Of a stretch of 64,000 nt of DNA, positions 9,384-18,236 are shown piece after piece (position 1 is the first letter of the stretch; every line of letters starts with the position of its first letter). The notes under the pieces are model-generated. The model saw only the letters and a program-made list of their open reading frames with translations, was not told the DNA's origin and did not search any database. The DNA is from Verrucomicrobiota bacterium (GTDB lineage: Bacteria > Auribacterota > JABMQX01 > JAFGEW01). The position numbers were made by a program, and so were the translations under genes. Where the stretch lies: NCBI GenBank assembly GCA_016931415.1, contig JAFGEW010000099.1, forward strand, positions 18,522 through 82,521. Direction: 5' to 3'.

Positions 9384-9621
9384 CCCAGCCGTGCGTGGGC
9401 CAGGATGTCCCTGCACTTGCCCTGCCGTACGGGGATTTCGCTTGACGGCCCGGACGAGGCCGGCGCATAGTGCCGACGAACGAACGTACCGCAGGGACCT
9501 TGCGATGGGGCGCAACGAATACGCGATGACGACGGCGGCGACGTTTCTCGCTTCTATGTATTCGTTCGGCTTTACGGGCCGGAGGCGTCCGGGTCCTTAG
9601 GCGACGAGAGAGCGCGATCTC

Positions 9622-9652
9622 AAGCCCCAGGACCCGGGTTCTGGGGCTTTTT
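9622..9652 (+). terminator. rho-independent terminator
   Basis: Hairpin AGCCCCAG-gacccgggtt-CTGGGGCT followed by TTTTT. Confidence 0.5.
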
Positions 9653-9682
9653 GCTGGCCGGACTCGATGAAGGGACACGATC

Positions 9683-10267
9683 ATGATTGCGGGCGAGAAA
9701 GTGCGCTTGCGAGCGCTGCAGGAAGAGGACGCCGAGGACTGCTGGCGCTGGTTCAACACCTGGGAGATGGTGCGCAACCTCGAGATCCGCTATCCGGTCT
9801 CGCGGCTGGCCGAGCGGGAGTTCATCGCGAACGCAATGAAGCCGCAGGCGGACGACAAGGTGTTCGCGATCGAGGCGCTCGATGGCGGCGCGTATCTCGG
9901 CAACGTCGGGTTGCACCGGATCTCATGGGAGGACCGGCGGGCGACGTTCGGCATCTTCATCGGCGAGAAGGCCTACTGGGGCAAGGGGTACGGCACGGAC
10001 GCGACGCGTGCGATCGTGCGATTCGCGTTCGAGCAGATGAATCTGAACCGGGTCGATCTGCAGGTGCTGGCCGACAACGAGCGCGGGATTCGCTGCTACG
10101 AGAAGGTCGGCTTTGTGCGCGAAGGCGTGCAGCGCCAGCACCGCTACCGCGAGGGGCGCTACGTGGACATGGTCGTCATGTCGATCTTGCGCGAGGAATA
10201 CGAAACACGACGCGATGAGTTCCTGCCGAAGCAGGTCGACACGCCGCGCCACGCCCGGGAGGACTGA
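9683..10267 (+). CDS. GNAT family N-acetyltransferase (RimJ/RimL-like)
   Basis: 194 aa. The acetyl-CoA binding segment reads VGLHRI..FGIFIGEKAYWGKGYGTDA (Q/RxxGxG/A). Confidence 0.75.
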   Translation: MIAGEKVRLRALQEEDAEDCWRWFNTWEMVRNLEIRYPVSRLAEREFIANAMKPQADDKVFAIEALDGGAYLGNVGLHRISWEDRRATFGIFIGEKAYWGKGYGTDATRAIVRFAFEQMNLNRVDLQVLADNERGIRCYEKVGFVREGVQRQHRYREGRYVDMVVMSILREEYETRRDEFLPKQVDTPRHARED

Positions 10268-10270
10268 GCC

Positions 10271-11284
10271 ATGATTATTGTGATGAAGCATGGGGCGACG
10301 CAGGAGCAGCTCGACCACGTCTTCGAGCGCATCACGACGCTAGGCCTGCGCTACCAGGCCATCTACGGCGAGGAGCGCGTCGTCATCGGCGTGATCGGCG
10401 AAGAGGACGTTGTGCGCACGCTGCCGCTCGACGCAATGCCGGGCGTCGAGCGCAGCTTCCCGATCCTCCACGAGTTCCGGCTGGCGGACCGCGAATGGCA
10501 CGAGGCGCCGTCGAAGATCACGATCAACGGCGTGGTCGTGGGCGGGAAGAAGCTCGTCGTCATGGCCGGTCCGTGCACGATCGAGAATGAGGCGATGCTC
10601 GTCAAGACCGCCGAGGCGGTGCGACAGGCGGGGGCGTTGGTGCTGCGTGGCGGGGCGTTCAAGCCCCGGACCTCTCCGTACACGTTCCAGGGTCACGGCG
10701 AGGCGGCACTCGAGTACCTTATCGAGGCCCGCAGTATCACCGGGTTGCCCGTGGTGACCGAGGTGATGGACACCGCCGAGATCGAGCTGGTGGCGCGCTA
10801 CGCCGACGTGCTGCAGATCGGGGCGCGCAACATGGCCAATTTCAGCCTGCTCAAGAAGGTGGGCAAGCTCGACAAGCCGATACTGCTCAAGCGCGGCATG
10901 GCCTCGACGGTGCGCGAGTTGCTCATGTCGGCCGAGTACATCCTGTCCAACGGCAACATGAACGTGATCCTGTGCGAACGCGGCATCCGCACGTTCGAGG
11001 ACGGTACTCGCAACACGCTTGACCTGAGCGCCGTGCCGGCGATCAAACAGATGAGCCACCTGCCCGTGATCGTCGACCCGAGCCACGGCACGGGCCGCAG
11101 CGCGCTCGTCGGACCGATGGCGAAAGCGGCCATCGCCGCCGGTGCCGATGGGTTGATGATCGAGGTCCATCCGAATCCCGAGGAGGCGATCAGCGACGGC
11201 GCGCAGACGCTCAGCTTCGAGCAGTTCGAGCAGTTGATGCGCGAGCTCCGCCCAATCGCCGAAGCTGTCGGCCGGGAGATCTAA
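10271..11284 (+). CDS. aroF: 3-deoxy-7-phosphoheptulonate (DAHP) synthase, class I-beta with N-terminal ferredoxin-like regulatory domain
   Basis: 337 aa. The KDO8P/DAHP synthase I-beta core motifs [21 protein letters not shown] and [11 protein letters not shown] are present. There is an N-terminal extension of about 70 aa, as in Thermotoga-type DAHPS. Confidence 0.8.
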   Translation: MIIVMKHGATQEQLDHVFERITTLGLRYQAIYGEERVVIGVIGEEDVVRTLPLDAMPGVERSFPILHEFRLADREWHEAPSKITINGVVVGGKKLVVMAGPCTIENEAMLVKTAEAVRQAGALVLRGGAFKPRTSPYTFQGHGEAALEYLIEARSITGLPVVTEVMDTAEIELVARYADVLQIGARNMANFSLLKKVGKLDKPILLKRGMASTVRELLMSAEYILSNGNMNVILCERGIRTFEDGTRNTLDLSAVPAIKQMSHLPVIVDPSHGTGRSALVGPMAKAAIAAGADGLMIEVHPNPEEAISDGAQTLSFEQFEQLMRELRPIAEAVGREI

Positions 11285-11419
11285 CCCCCAGATACGTGCG
11301 TGACACAGGGGTCTCTCCCGCGTCGCATCACAGAGCCATCGGCATCGTCCAGATCACGGACAGGATGTCTGTGGTGCGATGCAGGCGCAACGCCTGGCCT
11401 GCACGGGGCCCAGATTCTC

Positions 11420-11640
11420 GGATAAAGGGCTTTTCTCCTCGGGAAGCCCTTCACCCGATGGGTGTGACACACGGAGGAGGGCAAGCCCCGCTGTGGCGGG
11501 GCGGCTGGGAGTAGCCACGAGTGCGAACCCGTGGGGCGGAACGCAACGAGCAACGCCCCGAGCCCCTTGAGGGGCGATTGAGATTCCTCGTCGAGGGTTT
11601 GGACCTCAATCGCCCCATAAGGGGCTCGGAACGTCGCGTG
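11420..11640 (+). promoter_or_regulatory. structured 5' leader upstream of cobO (possible cobalamin-riboswitch-like element plus long hairpin); tentative
   Basis: 545-bp non-coding gap before cobO. It contains GGGAAGCCC...GGTG, GCCCCGCTGTGGCGGGGC and AGCCACGAGTG, which are weak matches to B12-element core strings. At 11570-11640 there is a 24-bp-arm inverted repeat (CGAGCCCCTTGAGGGGCGATTGAG / CTCAATCGCCCCATAAGGGGCTCG). Confidence 0.2.
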
Positions 11641-11828
11641 ATATGCCGGTCCGCGGGCTATCGCCCGTGGCTACTGCCAGACGCTCCTGACGGAGCTTCC
11701 AGCCTCCACCGGACGACTGCTACCCGCCGATCTGGGCGGGGCCGGGGGATTGCGTTCTGGATAGAGAGTGGGTACACTCACCGCGGCAAGGGACCTTGGC
11801 ACGACGCACGGTGGCATAAGGAACGGCG

Positions 11829-12368
11829 GTGATCCAGTTCTACGTTGGGGACGGCAAGGGCAAGACGACAGCGGCGATCGGGCTGGCAGTCCGGGCGCTG
11901 GGCGCTGCGCTGCGCGTGGCCATCGTGCAGTTCGACAAAGGTGAGGCGCCTGACGGGCCGGGTTACTCGGAACGGCGCGTGCTCGACGGGCTTGACGGGC
12001 TGACGCTGATCGCCACGGGCCGCGACCGCCGCAACCCGGACGGCTCGTTCCGTACCGGGAATACCGACGACGACTACCGCGAGGCGCGGCACGGGCTCGA
12101 GGTGGTCGCCCGCCTGCTCGACAACGGGCGCCACGATCTCATTGTGTGCGACGAACTGCTTTCCTGTCTGACCACCGGGCTGTTGGAGCGGCGCGACGTC
12201 GAGGCGATTCTCGACCAACACGGCGGGCGTGAGCATGTCGAGCTGGTGCTCACGGGCCGGTGCAACGACGAGGCGCTCCTGGCCCGCGCCGATCTGATCA
12301 CCGAGATGCGGAACATCAAGCACTACTACGACGCCGGCGTCGAGGCGCGGCGCGGATATGACTACTGA
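11829..12368 (+). CDS. cobO: cob(I)yrinic acid a,c-diamide (corrinoid) adenosyltransferase, CobO/BtuR type
   Basis: 179 aa. The N-terminal P-loop reads IQFYVGDGKGKTTAAIGLAVRALG. GTG start. Confidence 0.8.
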   Translation: MIQFYVGDGKGKTTAAIGLAVRALGAALRVAIVQFDKGEAPDGPGYSERRVLDGLDGLTLIATGRDRRNPDGSFRTGNTDDDYREARHGLEVVARLLDNGRHDLIVCDELLSCLTTGLLERRDVEAILDQHGGREHVELVLTGRCNDEALLARADLITEMRNIKHYYDAGVEARRGYDY

Positions 12369-12371
12369 CCC

Positions 12372-14543
12372 ATGAGGCGTCTGCAACTCCCAGATCCGGT
12401 CTGCCTGAACGATGGGCGCGGCAGCGACAAGTACCCGTGCGCCATCGTCGATCGGCACAACCGGCTGTGGCTTGCCTGGCAGCGCTTTGCCGACGGGCGC
12501 GACACGACGGTGGTGACCTGTCTGCGCGACAACTTCGTCGTCTACCGGGAGGAACTGGGTGCCACGGGCTACGCGTACAAACCGGTGCTGTGCGAGGACG
12601 CCGCCGGCCGGATCGCGGTGGCATGGTCGGAAGTGGGCGAGGGCGGCTCAGCCGTGTGCCTGAGCTGGATCGCCCATGGCCAGCATTCGCCGCCGGGGTA
12701 CGTCTCGATGGGCGGGCGCGATCTCGAGCCGTCCCTGGCCGCCGACGCGCAGGGCCGGCTCTGGGTAGCCTATCATTCCTTCCGTTCGGGCAGGGCGAGT
12801 GTGTTCCTTCGAGTATTCCAGGACGGGTGGAGCGACGAGATCGAGGTCACGCCCGGCATGGAGGCGTATCGGCCTTCGGTCGTGACGCTCGGGGGCGGGC
12901 GCGTGCGGGTTTTCTTCGATGCGTTTGCCGGCGGGCGGTACGATGTGTATTCGGTCGATTGCGACGGGCGGGGCGTCGGCGCACCGCAGCGTTGGTCCAC
13001 GGGCGGAACCTGGTGCAACTCGGCGTCGGCCGTGCGCGATGGACGCGGCGGCGCCGCGGTGGCCTGGACCGGGATCGGCTCAGGCGCCTACGTCTGCCAC
13101 GACGTCGCCGTGGACGGGCGCGTCGAGCGTGTGGCGTCGCTCGAGACGCGGTACGCCTCGCACGCCATTGCGGCCGACCGCGATTCGGTGTGGCTCGCGT
13201 GGCGTGGGCCCAAGTCGGTTATGCTCGCGCGGCGTCTCGACCGGACGACGGGCACATGGTCGGCGGCGGTCGCCGTGGACCGCAGCGGGCTGTACACGCG
13301 GCGGCCCGCGGTGGCGCTCAATCGCTCGGGCGTCCTCTGGGTGGCGTGGCAGGGCTCTCCGGCCAACGGCAAGCACCCGGTGCGCGACGCGCGGGTCTTT
13401 CTCCAGGCGTTGCCGCCGGATGTGGCTCATGCGCCCGCCGATCCGATGCTGCCGCCGCACGCCTGGCCAAGCGAGGCGGGCCACGAAATACCGCTGCCGT
13501 TCGACGAGTCCACGCCGTACAAGACGAGCGACGGCAGACGGGTCTTCTTCGGCGATATCCACGGCCAGATCTCATTCTCCGACGGCCTGGGCACGCACGA
13601 CCAGTTCTACAACTTCGAGCGGCATGTCAGCCGGCTCGATCTGGGCGCCGTGACCGACCACTGCGACTACCCGGACGGCGTTGCGCCGTCGGAGTGGAAC
13701 GTGACGCGGCTGCTCGCGTCCGCGTTCAACGAACCCGGACAGTTCGTGACGCTGCTTGGCTACGAGTGGACCTCGAACGAGGTGCGCGACGACTTCGGCC
13801 ACAAGAACGTCTACTTCCCGGGAGACCGGGGGGAGGTGTTCTCGCCGCTGCGCGAGTCGGGCCGGACGCCTGAGGCGCTCCATGCCGGGGCGAAACGCTA
13901 CGGGGCGCTGGTGGTGCCGCATCATGTCTCGGCGAACTGGGGCTCGGTCTCCGCCGCGACCGACTGGTCACGGCACGATCCCGAGACCGAGCGGCTGTGC
14001 GAGATCGCATCCATCCATGGCGCGATGGAGTATGACGGGAATCCGCGTGCGCACTCCCAGCCGCCCGTGCCGAACTGCTCAGTCCAGGCCGCGCTGGCGA
14101 GAGGCTGCAGGCTGGGCCTGATCGCCAGCAGTGACACCCACCAACTTGCACCGGGCAGGGACGGCGGGATTGTGGCGGTCGTGTGCGACGAGCTGTCGCG
14201 CGAGGCCGTGTTCGAGGCGCTCCGGTCGAGACGATGCTATGCGTCAACCGGACCACGGCTGCTCATCGAGTTCAGCGTCAACGGCCACGGAATGGGGAAT
14301 GAGGCGCCCGCAGCCGGGGATGTCCCGGTGGTTGTCGCGTACAGGGTCGAGGCCGACCGTCCTATCGTCGCCGTGCAGATCGTCAGGGACAACGCCAACG
14401 TCCACCGCGAGGATCCGGTCGGCTCGAGCTGCTCGGGCGAGTGGCGCGACCCAGCCTCCCGGTCTCCGGGCGTCTTCTACTACCTCCGCGTCGAGCTCGA
14501 AGACAACGCGTTCGCATGGTCCAGCCCTGTCTGGATTGTGTGA
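12372..14543 (+). CDS. hypothetical protein: N-terminal multi-blade beta-propeller-like repeats + C-terminal PHP/DUF3604-like putative metal-dependent hydrolase domain
   Basis: 723 aa with no signal peptide. Repeated G..W(L/V)AW strands recur every ~50 aa. The C-terminal half has FFGDIHGQISFSDG ... HHVSANWG ... SSDTH, which resembles DUF3604/PHP metal-binding motifs. Confidence 0.5.
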   Translation: MRRLQLPDPVCLNDGRGSDKYPCAIVDRHNRLWLAWQRFADGRDTTVVTCLRDNFVVYREELGATGYAYKPVLCEDAAGRIAVAWSEVGEGGSAVCLSWIAHGQHSPPGYVSMGGRDLEPSLAADAQGRLWVAYHSFRSGRASVFLRVFQDGWSDEIEVTPGMEAYRPSVVTLGGGRVRVFFDAFAGGRYDVYSVDCDGRGVGAPQRWSTGGTWCNSASAVRDGRGGAAVAWTGIGSGAYVCHDVAVDGRVERVASLETRYASHAIAADRDSVWLAWRGPKSVMLARRLDRTTGTWSAAVAVDRSGLYTRRPAVALNRSGVLWVAWQGSPANGKHPVRDARVFLQALPPDVAHAPADPMLPPHAWPSEAGHEIPLPFDESTPYKTSDGRRVFFGDIHGQISFSDGLGTHDQFYNFERHVSRLDLGAVTDHCDYPDGVAPSEWNVTRLLASAFNEPGQFVTLLGYEWTSNEVRDDFGHKNVYFPGDRGEVFSPLRESGRTPEALHAGAKRYGALVVPHHVSANWGSVSAATDWSRHDPETERLCEIASIHGAMEYDGNPRAHSQPPVPNCSVQAALARGCRLGLIASSDTHQLAPGRDGGIVAVVCDELSREAVFEALRSRRCYASTGPRLLIEFSVNGHGMGNEAPAAGDVPVVVAYRVEADRPIVAVQIVRDNANVHREDPVGSSCSGEWRDPASRSPGVFYYLRVELEDNAFAWSSPVWIV

Positions 14544-14828
14544 ACGGAGCGCTCTCCTCGAGGCTGGCCTTCGCGCACGATCCTCGGCGGCTTATCCACA
14601 TGGTTATCAACGGGATTCCAACAGCTTTCTCCCGCATTGGGGCGTAGCTTCGGCAGGGCTGTCAGTGCTCGAACAGAGACGTGTTCTCGACGAGCTGGAG
14701 AGGCTGTGGGCACTGAATCTTCACTGGCGGACGCAACATACTCTCAATAGGCTAGTAGCGTTCGCAGGGAGCGATGTGCACAGAGGAATGATGCGGGCGG
14801 AACAGTTCTTGCTCTGGGTGTGGACAAC

Positions 14829-15866
14829 TCAGTCGAAAACGACCGTTCCCCGTCCGCTGCAGATTTCACCGATGGTTTTGTGGGGCATGTGTGCCGCTCG
14901 CAGGCCCTCGCGTACGGCGGCCAGCTTGCGGCTCGGTACTACAAGGATAAGGCCGATGCCCATGTTAAACGTTCGGTACATCTCCTTATCCGCCACGCGG
15001 CCAAGCTCTTGGATCACGCGGAAAACCTGAAGTGTTTTCCAGGTCTTTGGTCGTATCACGGCGTCGGCGTTCTCCGGAAGGATCCTGGGAATGTTTCCGT
15101 CGAATCCGCCCCCTGTGATATGGACAACGCCGCTGAGCAGTCCGTGCGTCGATAGGTTGTGGATAACGTGCGAGTAGTCCCGGTGGACCTTGAGCAGTTC
15201 GCGACCGACCGTTGTGCGCGTGCCTGGAAGCCGGTCGGTGAGCTTGAGCCCGGCCTGATCGAGCAAGACCTTGCGCGCCAGGGAGTAGCCGTTGGTGTGC
15301 AGGCCGGACGACGGTAGCCCGATCAACACGTCTCCCGGCCGGATGCGGGAGCCGTCGATGATCTTCGACCGGTCAACGACGCCGACAATGGTGCCGACGA
15401 GGTCATAGTCGCCGGGCTGGTAGACGCCGGGGAGTTGCGCGGTCTCCCCGCCCAGGAGCGCGCAGCCGGCTTTGCGGCACCCGGTGGCGAGGCCGGTGAC
15501 AATCTCGCCGACGGTGTTGGGAGCGACTTGCGAGAAGCCGATGTAATCGAGAAAGAAAAGCGGCCGAGCGCCTTGCGCCGCGATGTCGTTGGCGCAGTGG
15601 GCCACCAGGTCCCGGCCCACCGTCGAGTGAACACCCATCAGGCTTGCGACCTTCAGTTTGGTGCCCACACCATCGACGCTCGCGACCAGCACCGGCCGCT
15701 TCATGCCGAGGGAATGTGCGTCGAAGAGCCCGCCGAACAGGCCAATGTCCGCGAGCACGCGGTTCGAGAACGTCGACCGGACCTTTCGGGCGATGGTCCG
15801 TTTGACCGAATCCATCGCATCGATGTCAACGCCGGCGTCCCGGTAAGTGATCCCGCGCTTGCCCAT
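14829..15866 (-). CDS. purM: phosphoribosylformylglycinamidine cyclo-ligase (AIR synthetase)
   Basis: 345 aa. YRDAGVDIDAMDS..GLFGGLFD..VDGVGTKL is the canonical PurM N-terminus. The AIR-synthase related C-domain is also present. Confidence 0.9.
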   Translation of the reverse strand: MGKRGITYRDAGVDIDAMDSVKRTIARKVRSTFSNRVLADIGLFGGLFDAHSLGMKRPVLVASVDGVGTKLKVASLMGVHSTVGRDLVAHCANDIAAQGARPLFFLDYIGFSQVAPNTVGEIVTGLATGCRKAGCALLGGETAQLPGVYQPGDYDLVGTIVGVVDRSKIIDGSRIRPGDVLIGLPSSGLHTNGYSLARKVLLDQAGLKLTDRLPGTRTTVGRELLKVHRDYSHVIHNLSTHGLLSGVVHITGGGFDGNIPRILPENADAVIRPKTWKTLQVFRVIQELGRVADKEMYRTFNMGIGLILVVPSRKLAAVREGLRAAHMPHKTIGEICSGRGTVVFD

Positions 15867-16125
15867 CTACCTCCTGTTCGCTTCCGTACCCTCCGCGGAA
15901 GCTCTAATATAGGTATCACGAAAAGGCAGTGCAAGAGAAATCGAGGTGGAGGCGCGTTTTGCATGCGAATCACGCAGCATGCATTGCGCCAAGAAAGGTC
16001 AAGGGCGAGAGATGGCACGCTAACCTCTTCGTAGTCTGAGACTTGACTGGAAGGACGTGTTTGTGGCATGGTGTCTGGGGCGCTGTGGATAACTCGTGCT
16101 TGAACTGGCGAAGGAGGGCCGAGGC

Positions 16126-16806
16126 ATGTTGCGGATATGGCTGGCGGCGCTGGCTGTCGGGGCGGTCATCGTCTCGTGTGGCTGCGGCTGCCGAACGGAG
16201 AAGGTCACGGACGGTGCCGGGAAGGCCGGAAGGAATGGGAAGGCGGCCGAGGATATGAACGCGGCCGTCAAGCAGTCGTTCTGGGGTGAGGAGCGCGTCA
16301 CGTACACGGCTTCGTCGGGCTGGATGGCCGGCTGGCCGGTGCCCGATGGTGAGCAGTGGTCAGCAGCGCCGACAGACTCCACCCATGTGAAGTTCACTTA
16401 CGCGGGCGATCGGCTCGTGCGGCAGGAGGGCTTCGACGTCGCGGGGCGGCCGATGCGCCTTGATATGAACGGCGTGAGGCGCGAGTGGACGTACGCGGCG
16501 CATGGCGGCGTGCTCGAGGAGGCGCTCTACGACGCGGAAGGCAAGGTGGCCCGGCGGGAAGCATTCCGCTACGATGATGGCGGGCGGTGCGTGTTGCGGA
16601 CGCTGTACGAGTACGACAGGAAGCAGAACGAGAGCACGTACACGTACAACGCCGACGGGATCAGGCGCACGAACCGGATGGAACTGTACGGACCCGACGG
16701 GTCGCGCATCAACGTGCTCTCCGAGACGGAGCTGTGGAATCCCGAGACGAAGACTTGGGAGATCGAAACCGACGGCGCGTTTCCCTTTGGTGCCGGCAAC
16801 TCGTGA
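16126..16806 (+). CDS. YD/RHS-repeat lipoprotein (paralog 1)
   Basis: GGAGG RBS. The signal peptide plus lipobox reads LAALAVGAVIVSCG. YD-like repeats are FRYDDGGRCVLRTLYEYD and YTYNADGIRR. Confidence 0.6.
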   Translation: MLRIWLAALAVGAVIVSCGCGCRTEKVTDGAGKAGRNGKAAEDMNAAVKQSFWGEERVTYTASSGWMAGWPVPDGEQWSAAPTDSTHVKFTYAGDRLVRQEGFDVAGRPMRLDMNGVRREWTYAAHGGVLEEALYDAEGKVARREAFRYDDGGRCVLRTLYEYDRKQNESTYTYNADGIRRTNRMELYGPDGSRINVLSETELWNPETKTWEIETDGAFPFGAGNS

Positions 16807-16860
16807 TCCGGTCCGTGGATGACCGTCGGAGCCAAACCGAACACTCGAAGAGGTGCGAGC

Positions 16861-17577
16861 ATGAAGCGGGTGATGATGTGGATCGTGGTTGGTGCGGCGC
16901 TGGTGTCGCTGTTCTCATGTTGTGCGAGGCAGGGCGCCCCCGTTGGCAGGCAGACGGAGGCTCAGGACCCGAATACGGCCCTTGCCGATGCGCATTGGGG
17001 TGCCGAGCGCATCGTGTACGCGGGCAGCGTGGAGGTGTGGGATTCCGAGAGGACCGTGCCGGGCGAGGAGCAGTGGGACGGTCCACAGCCGGGGCGGGTG
17101 TGTTACAGGTTCACCTACCGCGGCGACAAGCTGGTGCGGATCGACACGCTCGGCCCGGATGGGACGCCGTTCCAGGCGCTCAAGGAGGGGCAGCGGGTCG
17201 AATGGAGGTACGGGCCGCACGGCAAGCTCCTCGACGAGATAGGCTATACCGAGACCGGCGAGATGGAGGCGCACAACACGCGGCGCTACGACGCGGCTGG
17301 CCGGCTCGTCGAGCAGGTGTATGGGTACGGTTCGGACACGGTTGTCTCCAAGGTGACGTGGGAGTACGAGGGCGATGCGAAGCACCCATCGAGCCGCGAG
17401 ATGCGCGACGAGGACGGCCGGGTCCGGAACAAGAGCACGTTCGCTTACGGCGCCGACGGCACGACGCGCACGGAGCGGCATGAGCCCTACGACGACCGTG
17501 GCGCTCCGGAACAGGTGGTCGAGTTCACACAGAAGTGGAACCCACAGACCGACCGCTGGGAAGACACCGGGGAGTAG
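16861..17577 (+). CDS. YD/RHS-repeat lipoprotein (paralog 2)
   Basis: Signal peptide and lipobox LVSLFSCC. YD-like repeats RRYDAAGRLVEQVYGY are present. It aligns with the upstream paralog (e.g. KFTYAGDRLVRQEGFDVAGRP vs RFTYRGDKLVRIDTLGPDGTP). Confidence 0.6.
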   Translation: MKRVMMWIVVGAALVSLFSCCARQGAPVGRQTEAQDPNTALADAHWGAERIVYAGSVEVWDSERTVPGEEQWDGPQPGRVCYRFTYRGDKLVRIDTLGPDGTPFQALKEGQRVEWRYGPHGKLLDEIGYTETGEMEAHNTRRYDAAGRLVEQVYGYGSDTVVSKVTWEYEGDAKHPSSREMRDEDGRVRNKSTFAYGADGTTRTERHEPYDDRGAPEQVVEFTQKWNPQTDRWEDTGE

Positions 17578-17625
17578 GGGATGCGGCGACTTGCCCCTCG
17601 GTGAAAGCGTCTCACAGGCGCCGGT

Positions 17626-18153
17626 TCAGTCGCTGAAGAGCTTTTTGACGGCGTCGGACTCGCCCGGCTTGCGGCGCTGGCGCGGCAACGACTCGGGCTC
17701 TTCCTCGTCGGGTATTGAGATGTCGGCGCCGCCGCCTCCGCCGAGGACGAAGTCGGGATTGACGACCTGGTGCATCTTGAACGTCTGCGCGTTCATGTCG
17801 AGGAGCACGCCAAGCTTGAGCTTGGCCGCCTTGATGGCGCTGGCGACCTGCATCTTGAGCAGCCCGGGATGACCGCCCTCGGCCGCGAGGCGCACAAACA
17901 GCCGGTCGCGCAGAACGAAGTCGAGCGTGTACCCGCCCACGGTGGCGCCCTTGTAGAGCACGGGAATGAGCTTGTCGCGCTCGTACGGGATGTCGCGGCG
18001 GGTGAGCTCCTGCGCGAACGCTTTCTTGTACGGTTCCACGTCGAAGCCGGGCCCAAGCGTGGAGTACACCTCCTCGAGCGCCTTGCGGGCCTCGAACGCG
18101 ACGTCCTCGATGCTGACCCCGCTCATCTGCGTAGCCTCCTGTTCAGAAACCAT
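17626..18153 (-). CDS. GxxExxY family protein (PD-(D/E)XK-like)
   Basis: 175 aa. LGPGFDVEPYKKAFAQELTRRDIPYERD matches the GxxExxY family signature region. The C-terminal tail is acidic. Confidence 0.55.
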   Translation of the reverse strand: MVSEQEATQMSGVSIEDVAFEARKALEEVYSTLGPGFDVEPYKKAFAQELTRRDIPYERDKLIPVLYKGATVGGYTLDFVLRDRLFVRLAAEGGHPGLLKMQVASAIKAAKLKLGVLLDMNAQTFKMHQVVNPDFVLGGGGGADISIPDEEEPESLPRQRRKPGESDAVKKLFSD

Positions 18154-18236
18154 CCCCGAAAAACCCTACCACAGGCGGGGCTGTGCTCAAAGCGAGATAT
18201 TGGCGCGGCCTTGGCGCGGGCCGTACAATAGAGGCA

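Noticed and set aside
12437-14256. Alternative-frame ORFs within the 12372..14543 gene (12437..13873 +478 aa; 13726..14256 -176 aa and others)
   Set aside because: They overlap a longer ORF with repeat structure and motif content. The R/G/A/P-rich translations are typical of off-frame GC-rich DNA.
14544-14828. Partial inverted repeat GCTCGAACAGAGACGTGTTCTCGACGAGC in the convergent gap before purM
   Set aside because: The stem is imperfect and lacks a T-tract. It may be a weak bidirectional terminator, but support is insufficient to call.
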